A DNA stretch of 64,000 nucleotides from an uncultured virus (IMG/VR IMGVR_UViG_3300032797_000730). Its lineage: Duplodnaviria; Heunggongvirae; Uroviricota; Caudoviricetes. Location of the stretch: the IMG/VR virus record IMGVR_UViG_3300032797_000730; one strand, written 5' to 3'. Below are positions 17,851 through 25,891 of this stretch, one piece after another. A program made the position numbers and the translations under genes. Below the pieces are notes generated by a model. It did not search any database, was not told the origin of the DNA, and saw only the letters and a program-made list of their open reading frames with translations. Positions within the stretch are counted from its first letter, which is position 1, and each line of letters starts with the position of its first letter.

Positions 17851-18012
17851 ACTGGTGGCGTGCTGGCAGATTGCGATTTGGCACTTTGGAAACACGCCTA
17901 GAAACGGCGCAGCCAAGACACCCCGTGCCCCAATAAATCCCCCTAACCGGGATGGCAGAAGGGCACGTCTTGGGACATCCGGTCATCGCAGGTTCAAATC
18001 CTGCCCCTGCTT
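17812..18012 (+). tRNA. initiator-type tRNA-Met(CAT) with 127-nt intron (17850-17976) at 37/38
   Basis: AGCAGGG/CCCTGCT (A1-U72), D stem GAAC/GTTC (A11-U24), CCGGA-CTCATA|A-TCCGG, T arm GCAGG-TTCAAAT-CCTGC; BHB central helix CUCA/UGGG with 3-nt bulges. Confidence 0.85.
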
Positions 18013-18036
18013 TTATGTTAACACGAGGCGAGACAA

Positions 18037-18918
18037 ACGAGCGAAAACAAGCCATACAAGTGCACGAAGTGCGGGTACAACCACAAAAGTGGTAAAATCT
18101 ACAACGAGCACAAGCAGTTCGCCGAGGTGAAGCCCACCGAGATCCAGGTAAAGGGCCAGGGCTCTTCACCGGTGGGGGGTTCATTCGACGAGCTGGACAA
18201 GATAGACGACGGCAGGCCGGGCGGCGGGGCGATCCCTATCCCGTCGACGAAGATGATCGTGACCAAGGACCATATCATCATCGGCAAGAACGCCACGGCC
18301 GAGCCCATTAAAAAGGGCGAGATCGTGAGGCCAGCGGGCATCGAAGATGACAAGAGAAGCCTGCTCCAGGCCTACAAGGTGGAGACGGCCAAGGACGGGA
18401 AAATGACGGGCACCGCCAGCCAGGCGGGCAAGATCATCAAGACGGCCAGGGTAGTCATCGAGCCCGAGAAGAAGGATTCTCAAGGGGCGTTCACGGTCAA
18501 GCACCTGGACGCGTTCCTGCTACACGCTAACCGGAAGCAGGTGAACCTGCTCACGACCGAGTTCCCGTGGGTGGTGAAGGATGGCGCGAGGCTCAAGGCC
18601 AACTGGCGGGTAGGGTGCTGGGAAAAACCCGACGGAGGGCGCATCCCGTTCACGGTCGAAGAGATGGTGAAGTACGCCGTCCTCATCGACAAGGTGAGCG
18701 GGAAGCACGCGGGGCTGCTCAAGAAGCGGCGCGCCAAGAAGGCGCTACGTGACTCGGCATACCCAAACACGTGGACCGAGCACGCCGCCGGGATCAAGGG
18801 CCAGTGCAAGGATTGCGTTAACAGGGGCGCCAAGTCGTGCGGGAACATGACCGTCGACGAGATCGTCAACGTCCTCGAGGGGAAGGCCAACTGCCCGATC
18901 TACAAGAAAGAGGGATAG
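18037..18918 (+). CDS. protein with N-terminal C2H2-like Zn finger and C-terminal Cys cluster; apparent ACG start
   Basis: In-frame extension upstream of GTG 18127: (M)SENKPYKCTKCGYNHKSGKIYNEH; SD-like GAGGCGA 5 nt before ACG. Confidence 0.7.
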   Translation, partial: TSENKPYKCTKCGYNHKSGKIYNEHKQFAEVKPTEIQVKGQGSSPVGGSFDELDKIDDGRPGGGAIPIPSTKMIVTKDHIIIGKNATAEPIKKGEIVRPAGIEDDKRSLLQAYKVETAKDGKMTGTASQAGKIIKTARVVIEPEKKDSQGAFTVKHLDAFLLHANRKQVNLLTTEFPWVVKDGARLKANWRVGCWEKPDGGRIPFTVEEMVKYAVLIDKVSGKHAGLLKKRRAKKALRDSAYPNTWTEHAAGIKGQCKDCVNRGAKSCGNMTVDEIVNVLEGKANCPIYKKEG

Positions 18919-18921
18919 GCC

Positions 18922-19074
18922 ATGTTGAAGGTAGAGATATTTTGTGGCAGCGCTTCCGATGTTAAAAAGGAATGCAATGCGTTTCTCTCGGGCATCAAGA
19001 GCGAGGACGTGGTCGATTTTAAAATTGCCGAGAACGGCATCTTCATAACCATCGTGGTGATGCACGAGCTTTGA
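18922..19074 (+). CDS. small hypothetical protein (not in ORF track)
   Basis: MLKVEIFCGS...IVVMHEL, 50 aa, fills gap, TTGA overlap. Confidence 0.65.
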   Translation: MLKVEIFCGSASDVKKECNAFLSGIKSEDVVDFKIAENGIFITIVVMHEL

Positions 19075-19508
19075 GGGCCGTGGCGCTGGTGATATCGAGG
19101 ACCCTCGTTCCGGGCATCGAGGGCAGCCAGCTGGGTGCCATGCTACGGGACGTGTTCAGGAAGTCGAAGAACACGTGCTTCGTCGTGGAGGAGCTACGCC
19201 AGCCCATCATGGCAATGATGGAGCAGTATTCACAAGGGGGGTGTGCGATGGTATCCATCGTGCCAAAGCTGCGGAAGTACAAGCGAAAGCAGGATGCCTA
19301 CCTGGCCAGGGCCGTGGAAATGGCGGAGGCGAGCCAGGAGTGCTTCGCGTTCCATGACCTGGCGGACTGGACAAACTCCTCGGTGATGATAGCGGCCGCG
19401 TTCAAGGAGATGCACCCGGAGTATCTCCTGGCCACCTATCTCGTGATAGATGGAGCAGTGATAGAAGTGACGCTCGACGAAATGAAGAGGAGGAGCGGGT
19501 TCTTATGA
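19071..19508 (+). CDS. hypothetical protein (possible SLOG/Rossmann-like)
   Basis: 145 aa; AYLARAVEMAEASQECFAFHD resembles SLOG RN..M......AF.D. Confidence 0.55.
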   Translation: MRAVALVISRTLVPGIEGSQLGAMLRDVFRKSKNTCFVVEELRQPIMAMMEQYSQGGCAMVSIVPKLRKYKRKQDAYLARAVEMAEASQECFAFHDLADWTNSSVMIAAAFKEMHPEYLLATYLVIDGAVIEVTLDEMKRRSGFL

Positions 19509-22500
19509 TGATGCCGCCACTGATGAACGAGCACATCTTCATCAAGGTAGCGCCCATCACCGACACGCGCACGATATGCATCATCAACAAGAACCACGAG
19601 ACCATGACCAAGGACGGGGAGGAAGTGCCCGTCTGGGTCGTGGCGGGGAAGGAGAAGGACGGCCGCCACTGGATGCTCAGGGTGCACGGGCCCCGCGTGC
19701 GGCCATCGTTCGGCGTGCCCTACGAGGAATTCTGGAAGGTGATGGACGATACCAGGCTCACGGGGTTCAGGAGGGGGCCAGACTCGCCATTCGGGGAGCC
19801 GGTGATGGAGGTGTTCACGAAGCTGCCAAAGGATATAGGGTCGGGGGAAGCAGCCATGCGGAACTTCGTGAGCCACTCGTACCAGGGAGACGTGCGGTTC
19901 GAGGACAAGGTGGCAATCGACCTTCGTATATGGGAGGGCTACATGACGTTCGATGCCAATGCCGTCGGTGAATTTGGATACGTGGAGGATAGATACGTTG
20001 GCCCGCCGCCAGAGGGGTACGAGAAGTTCTACGTGCCCAAGACGAAGGTGTACTTCGATTCGGAATGGAACATGGCAATGCTGGCGGACGGGGAGGGGCG
20101 GATACGGTTCAGGAGAAAGAAAGGGCAGAAGGATGACCCGACGAAGTATGAAAAGGCCAAGGTAATAACAATCTCCTTCCTGGAAGCGGTGGGATGGAAG
20201 TTCCACGTGTTCACGTGGCACCCGAGGGTGAAGGTGAAGTGCAAGTTCCAGGAGCAATACCTCTCGCGCATCGCCGAGAAGGCGAGGAAGCGGCTGCCAC
20301 AGATGCCAAGGGAATACACGGCCGAGATACACGCGTGCACGAGCGAGAGGGAGTTGCTCGTGGCGATGGTGGATTACCTGGCAGGGGCGCAGATAGATTG
20401 TCTCATCGGGTTCAACGCGTTCTCCGGGATACACGGGATCGGGGGGGACAAGAAGTGGATAAATGGGTTTGACATGCCCTGGCTGTACAGGCACTGCATG
20501 GTCAACCCGAAGCACAATACTAACTGGGTGCCGAGGGACCCGGACGTGAACCTCCATCGCATATCGCCTGTTGGCGTGACGTACATGCGGGAGGAGTTCG
20601 GGAAGGAGGAAGTCGTTATAAGGATGATAACGTGCCTGGACCTCTGGCACATGATGAGCTTCTTCGAGTACCACAAGAAAGACAAGCTCAAGAACGAGAA
20701 GCAAGGAACGTTCATGGAGAAGTACCTGGGGATAGGGAAGTATCCACGGAAGTATAAGTGGGTCTGGGAGGAATGGGAGAAGGAGCCGCTCGACGAGAGA
20801 AAGTACAACATGGCCGACACCGAGGGATGCGCGGGCGTGGAGCAGATATTTAACCCGAGCGAGGACTGCTTCAACAGGGCCACGTTCTCTGGCGCCAGCT
20901 GGGACGCAGGGATGTCGGCGAGCAGGCTGCACGACCTGGTGAACCTGCACCTCTACAAGGACTGCTATTACCTGGATTCAAAATCATATGATGACCGGCA
21001 CGAGCGGATTTGGTTATGGGGAGGATTTAGCGATGAGAAGGTAGGGGGGTTTAACAAGGAGGTTAACAAGGGGATGCACAGGATGGCCATCGGCCTGGAC
21101 TTCAACAAGTTCTACCCGATGGCGGGGATCGGTTCTAATTGCGCCCCCGAGACGTTCGTGAACATGACCAGGCTCAAGCTTGACAAGCGGGGCCTGGTCG
21201 TCGTGGACAAGCGCCCCTATCTCAAGCACGAGGTGACGGACTGGCCAGCGTTCGTGAAGGAGTGCAAGGAGTTGAGGGAGAGGGACGCGCTCACGAGGAC
21301 GCTCGCAGTGCAGGATGTCATCACGAATGACCTCATCGGCTGGAAGGAGACAGAGTATCTCTGGGGAGACTTGATAGTTACCCCGGCGGGGCTGTTCAGG
21401 AAGGACATCATCGCCAAGAATGTCAAGGCGTTCCAGGACATGCTCAAGAACAGGAAGGCGCTCCAGAAGATAGCGGACAAGATACTGGAGGCTATCAAGG
21501 ACAAGGACGCGTTCGAGTACGTGCTGGCGGACCTGCGGCAGTTCTCCTACAAGCAGTACATGAACGGAAGGTTCGGGGTGCAGGGGCTGGAATCTGATAG
21601 GCTTTACATGCTGGCGCTGTTCAACACCTATACCCTCGTGTGCCAGGAGATAATCAAGGAATGTATCAGGTACATCGAGGAGGAGCTCGTGTATCCGGTG
21701 AACCTGGCGAGCACGGATTCCATGTTCGTCGATGCCAAGCTGCCCCCGAAATGGATCGAGGACAAGGGAAAGGTGTACTTGCAGGAGGCCGAATGGCTCT
21801 CGGAGAAAGTGCAGGAACACGCCCAGGAGTTTGCCATGCACGAGTTCAACATCAGCGACCCGAGCGTGTTCACGCTTGAATGCGATGTCATCTGCAAGAC
21901 CATGTTCATCGAAAACATGCGGTTTTACATCAAGAACGTGATGTGGAGCAAGGGGGTCATCCTGGACCCGCCGCAGCTGGAATTCAAGGGAATGAAGAAG
22001 GTACGGCGGGAAGTGGCGGCGATAACCGAGGACGTGCAGGAGCGGCTCGGCAAGATATACATGAACGACGGGACGTTCCAGGACATCCAAAACGAGGTCA
22101 AGAAGCTGCACGCCGAGTTCTCGTCCAAGCCACTGTGGGAGGTGTGCAAGTCCCTTCCAGTGAACCAGCCACTCGATGATTATGCCGAGACGAGCGAGCA
22201 GTTCAAGGCGTTCACGATGGCCGACAAGTACTTCGGCCTGGACGTGTCGGTGGGCGAGCGGTTCTATGTCGCCCCCGTGAAGTACTGCCCGCCCGCGATA
22301 AAGGGCATCAAGGTAGACCCGCGGCTCGGGGATGTCTTGGCATTTGACGAGGACACGCTCCCGGCGATAGAGGCCGCGGGGATAGTGATAGACGTGCACG
22401 AGCTGGAGGACAAGGCCGTGGCATCGCCCGCGGACGAGATACTCGAGATGTTCGGCACGGGATATTGGAAAATACTGTCGGCCGCGAGGATAGCCGACAC

Positions 22501-22516
22501 GACGGGTGAATTCTGA
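19505..22516 (+). CDS. polB: family B DNA polymerase with 3'-5' exonuclease
   Basis: ExoI FDSE, ExoII GFN...FDMPWL, ExoIII YNMAD; Pol A LDFNKFYP, B KQYMNGRFG, C STDSMFV; ends ADTTGEF. Confidence 0.93.
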   Translation: MMMPPLMNEHIFIKVAPITDTRTICIINKNHETMTKDGEEVPVWVVAGKEKDGRHWMLRVHGPRVRPSFGVPYEEFWKVMDDTRLTGFRRGPDSPFGEPVMEVFTKLPKDIGSGEAAMRNFVSHSYQGDVRFEDKVAIDLRIWEGYMTFDANAVGEFGYVEDRYVGPPPEGYEKFYVPKTKVYFDSEWNMAMLADGEGRIRFRRKKGQKDDPTKYEKAKVITISFLEAVGWKFHVFTWHPRVKVKCKFQEQYLSRIAEKARKRLPQMPREYTAEIHACTSERELLVAMVDYLAGAQIDCLIGFNAFSGIHGIGGDKKWINGFDMPWLYRHCMVNPKHNTNWVPRDPDVNLHRISPVGVTYMREEFGKEEVVIRMITCLDLWHMMSFFEYHKKDKLKNEKQGTFMEKYLGIGKYPRKYKWVWEEWEKEPLDERKYNMADTEGCAGVEQIFNPSEDCFNRATFSGASWDAGMSASRLHDLVNLHLYKDCYYLDSKSYDDRHERIWLWGGFSDEKVGGFNKEVNKGMHRMAIGLDFNKFYPMAGIGSNCAPETFVNMTRLKLDKRGLVVVDKRPYLKHEVTDWPAFVKECKELRERDALTRTLAVQDVITNDLIGWKETEYLWGDLIVTPAGLFRKDIIAKNVKAFQDMLKNRKALQKIADKILEAIKDKDAFEYVLADLRQFSYKQYMNGRFGVQGLESDRLYMLALFNTYTLVCQEIIKECIRYIEEELVYPVNLASTDSMFVDAKLPPKWIEDKGKVYLQEAEWLSEKVQEHAQEFAMHEFNISDPSVFTLECDVICKTMFIENMRFYIKNVMWSKGVILDPPQLEFKGMKKVRREVAAITEDVQERLGKIYMNDGTFQDIQNEVKKLHAEFSSKPLWEVCKSLPVNQPLDDYAETSEQFKAFTMADKYFGLDVSVGERFYVAPVKYCPPAIKGIKVDPRLGDVLAFDEDTLPAIEAAGIVIDVHELEDKAVASPADEILEMFGTGYWKILSAARIADTTGEF

Positions 22517-22524
22517 TGGCAAAC
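22505..22524 (+). repeat. junction repeat A, copy 1 (GGTGAATTCTGATGGCAAAC)
   Basis: Identical 20-mer at 24017-24036. Confidence 0.9.
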
Positions 22525-22749
22525 TACAAGCGGTTCATCGACGAGCTTGACAACACGATCATGGATGCCCTGTTCCCAGGATGGCGAGGGAAGGCCTGGT
22601 ACTGGTGGAATGACCTGGCCCCGAGGTTCCTCAACCGCAACTGGTTCCGGTGGTATTTCTGGTACTGGTGGATGCCCGACTTCAACCCGGATGGCCCTGT
22701 TGGCAAGGCGTATTACTATATCAGGCACAAGAAATGGAGGTGGCGATGA
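22516..22749 (+). CDS. Trp-rich small protein
   Basis: 77 aa starting MAN, very rich in W/Y/R. Confidence 0.7.
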   Translation: MANYKRFIDELDNTIMDALFPGWRGKAWYWWNDLAPRFLNRNWFRWYFWYWWMPDFNPDGPVGKAYYYIRHKKWRWR

Positions 22750-23189
22750 TGGTGGACATAGCGATATACATGCTGGTGTTCATGGCGGGCGGGATGATCT
22801 TCGAGGCCATGGGATTCGCCCTTGGCGTGGCAAGGAGAAACCGGTTCGACGAGAAGAACTGGAACATGACCCAATTCCTAGACCATTCCGAGTCGGCGTA
22901 CCTGGACAGCCACGATGACTTCTCGATAGCCATGATGCGCGCCAAGCCAAGGATCTCCAACCTGGCAATCGATCTCGTGTTCGAGGACATGGACTGGCGC
23001 TGCGTCACGAAGGGCGAGATAGCCCGCGCTGAAAACTACGCGCTCATCTTGGGCAAGAAGGAGAAGATCGCTGCATGGTGGCGGGAGAAGCGGGACGATT
23101 TTATTCTCGATCACGGGTCGTTCCATGCCAAGAACGAGATACGAAAGAGAAGGGCGTTCGATGCCATGGGCGTGGAGGAGATTCCATGA
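22746..23189 (+). CDS. hypothetical protein with N-terminal TM helix
   Basis: GGAGGTGG SD, ATGA overlap. Confidence 0.7.
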   Translation: MMVDIAIYMLVFMAGGMIFEAMGFALGVARRNRFDEKNWNMTQFLDHSESAYLDSHDDFSIAMMRAKPRISNLAIDLVFEDMDWRCVTKGEIARAENYALILGKKEKIAAWWREKRDDFILDHGSFHAKNEIRKRRAFDAMGVEEIP

Positions 23190-24028
23190 TACAATCATTT
23201 GGATATTTCGGGGGCAAAGCCTGGCTCGTTCCAGAGCTCGTCAGGCTCACGCCCCCTCATCTCATATCAATAGAAGCGTTTGGAGGGGCCGCGTGGTACA
23301 CGCTCAACAAGCCAAAGTCACATGCCGAGGTCGTGAATGACATCAATGACCTGCTGGTAAACATGTGGGAAGCTATACGTACCAACGTGGATAGATTCAA
23401 GGAGCGCAACGAGCGGGTGATAGATGCACGAAAGCTCTACCTGGACTACGAGAAGGAATACACGGATGACAAGTGGGTTAATTGTGATGCCGTGGAGAAG
23501 GCGTTCCGGTTCTATTACATGGTGACGCACAGCTTCTCCTTCACGATGCACGGGTTCCACGCCATGCGGTTCGACGAGGGGACGGCCCAGCACACGAGCT
23601 ATAGAAACAAGATAGAGATAATAGACGAGATATATAACAGGATAAAGGACGTGCACTTCCGCAACGAGGACGTGTTCAAGATGCTGCCCAGGTGTGACAA
23701 GCCGGACACGTTCATGTACCTCGATCCTCCATACGAGCAGGGAGGATATGCATACGAGGAGATCATCGGGGGCAAGCCTTGGAAGGAGGGCGACGCGCAA
23801 AGGTTAAAAGAAATGATCCATTCTTTTAAAAACGCGAAAGTTTTATTGTCGGTCGACAACGGTGAATTTTACTTGAAGGATGGTTGGACCATGCAAATAA
23901 TGGACAAGGGTGGAAGGAAAACGAAGGCGGGCGCGACCCCGAACCGCGAGTGCCTCGTCATGAACTACGAGAGGCCCAAGCAAGGGTTCAGGTTGAGCAC
24001 GGCTGCATCTACAAGCGGTGAATTCTGA
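23186..24028 (+). CDS. dam: DNA adenine methyltransferase (Dam/D12 class)
   Basis: YFGGK, EAFGGA, VVNDIN, YLDPPY; ends ASTSGEF. Confidence 0.92.
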   Translation: MIQSFGYFGGKAWLVPELVRLTPPHLISIEAFGGAAWYTLNKPKSHAEVVNDINDLLVNMWEAIRTNVDRFKERNERVIDARKLYLDYEKEYTDDKWVNCDAVEKAFRFYYMVTHSFSFTMHGFHAMRFDEGTAQHTSYRNKIEIIDEIYNRIKDVHFRNEDVFKMLPRCDKPDTFMYLDPPYEQGGYAYEEIIGGKPWKEGDAQRLKEMIHSFKNAKVLLSVDNGEFYLKDGWTMQIMDKGGRKTKAGATPNRECLVMNYERPKQGFRLSTAASTSGEF

Positions 24029-24036
24029 TGGCAAAC
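24017..24036 (+). repeat. junction repeat A, copy 2
   Basis: Identical to 22505-22524. Confidence 0.9.
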
Positions 24037-24174
24037 AACATGGAGCATTGCCCGTTCCACCACGCAACGGGGAGGTACTGTTCGAGGACCATGTGCACGT
24101 GCACGGGCCTGGACAGGAGGCGGTTCGAGTACAGGAAATGCTCGCATTACAAGGACGGGGTGAGGGACGCGTGA
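24028..24174 (+). CDS. small Cys/His-rich protein (not in ORF track)
   Basis: MANNMEHCPFHH...YC...CTC...KCSHY, 48 aa, coupled at both ends. Confidence 0.7.
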   Translation: MANNMEHCPFHHATGRYCSRTMCTCTGLDRRRFEYRKCSHYKDGVRDA

Positions 24175-24713
24175 CCTACGGGGGCAAGGGAAAAACGGCG
24201 GAATGGGGCACGCCTCCAGACGTGTTCAAGTCGCTCGACGCCGAGTTCCACTTCACGCTGGACCCGTGCGCCAACGACAAGAACCACAAGTGTGACAAGT
24301 ACTACACCAAGGATGATGATGGCCTCACCAAGTCCTGGAAGGGCGAGGTCGTGTTCATGAACCCGCCATATGGAAAGGCAATAGCCCAGTGGGTGCAGAA
24401 GGCCTACATGGAAGCGCTCGGTGGTACCACGGTGGTCTGCCTCCTGCCCGTCAACACGGACACTGGCTGGTTCCAGGATTACATCTATCATAAGGCCGAG
24501 ATCAGGTTCCCAAGAGGAAGGATTAACTTCGTGAACGAGAAGGGCGAGACGGTGAAAGGGTCAAATCATTGTAGCATGTTCGTGATATACACGTCGGAGA
24601 GCGTGGCGCCCCCTCCAACCAACCCCACGAGATCATACTGCACGCTGGACAGCAAGTGCAACGTGTTCACGCCGTGTGTCGAATGCAGGTATTGCCTGGT
24701 GATGAAGAGATGA
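24171..24713 (+). CDS. phage-type DNA N6-adenine methyltransferase
   Basis: EWGTPP...FTLDPCA...DGL..SW...FMNPPYG...CLLP..TDT.WF...GRINF; Cys-rich tail. Confidence 0.92.
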   Translation: MTYGGKGKTAEWGTPPDVFKSLDAEFHFTLDPCANDKNHKCDKYYTKDDDGLTKSWKGEVVFMNPPYGKAIAQWVQKAYMEALGGTTVVCLLPVNTDTGWFQDYIYHKAEIRFPRGRINFVNEKGETVKGSNHCSMFVIYTSESVAPPPTNPTRSYCTLDSKCNVFTPCVECRYCLVMKR

Positions 24714-25384
24714 CACTCTACGTTGCTGGCATCGAGACATGCGCCCTCGCCGAGTTTGGAAAGGGGCTGGCGTGCGTGATATTCCTGCAAGGCTGCGACA
24801 TGAAATGCGGGTACTGCCAGAACCCCGAGCTCAGGGCGCCCTACAGCGAGAAAGTCATGGAGGCCACGGCCGACCAGATCATCGCCGAGATACCATGGGA
24901 TGACATAGACGCTATATCAGTGACGGGCGGCGAGCCCCTGTGGTCCGTGATGGGGCCGGGGAGCGGGACGGGCGACTTGATAAAGCTATTCGAGCACGCC
25001 CGCAGGAAACAGAAAACGACCAACGTGGACTCGAACGGGCTATACACCAACGAGGGGAAGGCAAGGGTACTCTCGCTCGTGGCGCCATTCCTCACGACGA
25101 TAAGCATCGATATAAAACACGCGAGCACGACGTATCTCGAACAGATGGCCCAGGCATTGAGACGGGCCGAGGTGTTTCACAAGGCACGGTTTCGGATGGT
25201 TCTTTACGAGGGCAGGTGGCAGAAGAGGTCGTGCATCGACTCTGGCGTTATGACAATGCTCCTTCTCGGGATAAAGAAGATAAGAGGCACGAGGAATGGC
25301 ATGGCCGCTCCAATGATGTCGGATGAGGATTGCATTGCCATGCAGGAAGCATATAACAATGCAGGAATAGAGCTGGTGATTTAA
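24710..25384 (+). CDS. nrdG: radical SAM glycyl-radical activase (anaerobic RNR activating enzyme)
   Basis: IFLQGCDMKCGYCQNPE, SVTGGEP, DSNG, IDIK; NrdD present at 42.7 kb. Confidence 0.8.
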   Translation: MTLYVAGIETCALAEFGKGLACVIFLQGCDMKCGYCQNPELRAPYSEKVMEATADQIIAEIPWDDIDAISVTGGEPLWSVMGPGSGTGDLIKLFEHARRKQKTTNVDSNGLYTNEGKARVLSLVAPFLTTISIDIKHASTTYLEQMAQALRRAEVFHKARFRMVLYEGRWQKRSCIDSGVMTMLLLGIKKIRGTRNGMAAPMMSDEDCIAMQEAYNNAGIELVI

Positions 25385-25882
25385 ACGAGCGACGCGGCGA
25401 AGAAAGCAAAGAAACGATACGAGGACGAGATAATGCCCGCCAACGTTCATGGGGATGACTTCGTGCTCGTGCACTCGATCACGGGGTATGGAAGGAAGGC
25501 TTTCCTCATTGACATGGTAAAGAAAGGGGCCGAGCCCTTCGGGAAAGGGGTGGAGATTGTAAAGGAGGATGCGGGCTCGGTGAAGCGCCAGGAGTTCAGG
25601 GAGGGAGAGTTCGTGTCGTATGGCGGGCAGGTGTTCGTCGCGTTCCCGCTCGCGGACCTGGATCTCATCGGGAGCGTGATCAAGGTATCGCTGCTTCGCT
25701 CGTGGATGAAATCGGACGAGGGCGATGTCGCTGCCGAGGGGCATCTTCTCGTGCTCGAGGATGGCGTGGGGGACTGCGTGGCGATAGCGGGCTGCGGCCC
25801 CGTCGAGGGAAACGATAGAAAGATAATGGCTGCTGTTGAATCGTTGATGGTAAAAACGGCCGACCCTTTTGGTGATTTTTGA
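25385..25882 (+). CDS. hypothetical protein; apparent ACG start (first ATG at 25433)
   Basis: GGTGA SD, then ACG AGC immediately after nrdG stop, in frame; ends ADPFGDF. Confidence 0.7.
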   Translation, partial: TSDAAKKAKKRYEDEIMPANVHGDDFVLVHSITGYGRKAFLIDMVKKGAEPFGKGVEIVKEDAGSVKRQEFREGEFVSYGGQVFVAFPLADLDLIGSVIKVSLLRSWMKSDEGDVAAEGHLLVLEDGVGDCVAIAGCGPVEGNDRKIMAAVESLMVKTADPFGDF

Positions 25883-25891
25883 ATGGCAAAC
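25871..25891 (+). repeat. junction repeat B, copy 2
   Basis: Identical to the reverse complement of 11940-11960. Confidence 0.9.

Noticed and set aside
19436..22522. Long antisense ORFs (504 and 502 aa) opposite polB
   Set aside because: Shadow ORFs from strong GC3 bias; no motifs, L/V/H/P-rich composition
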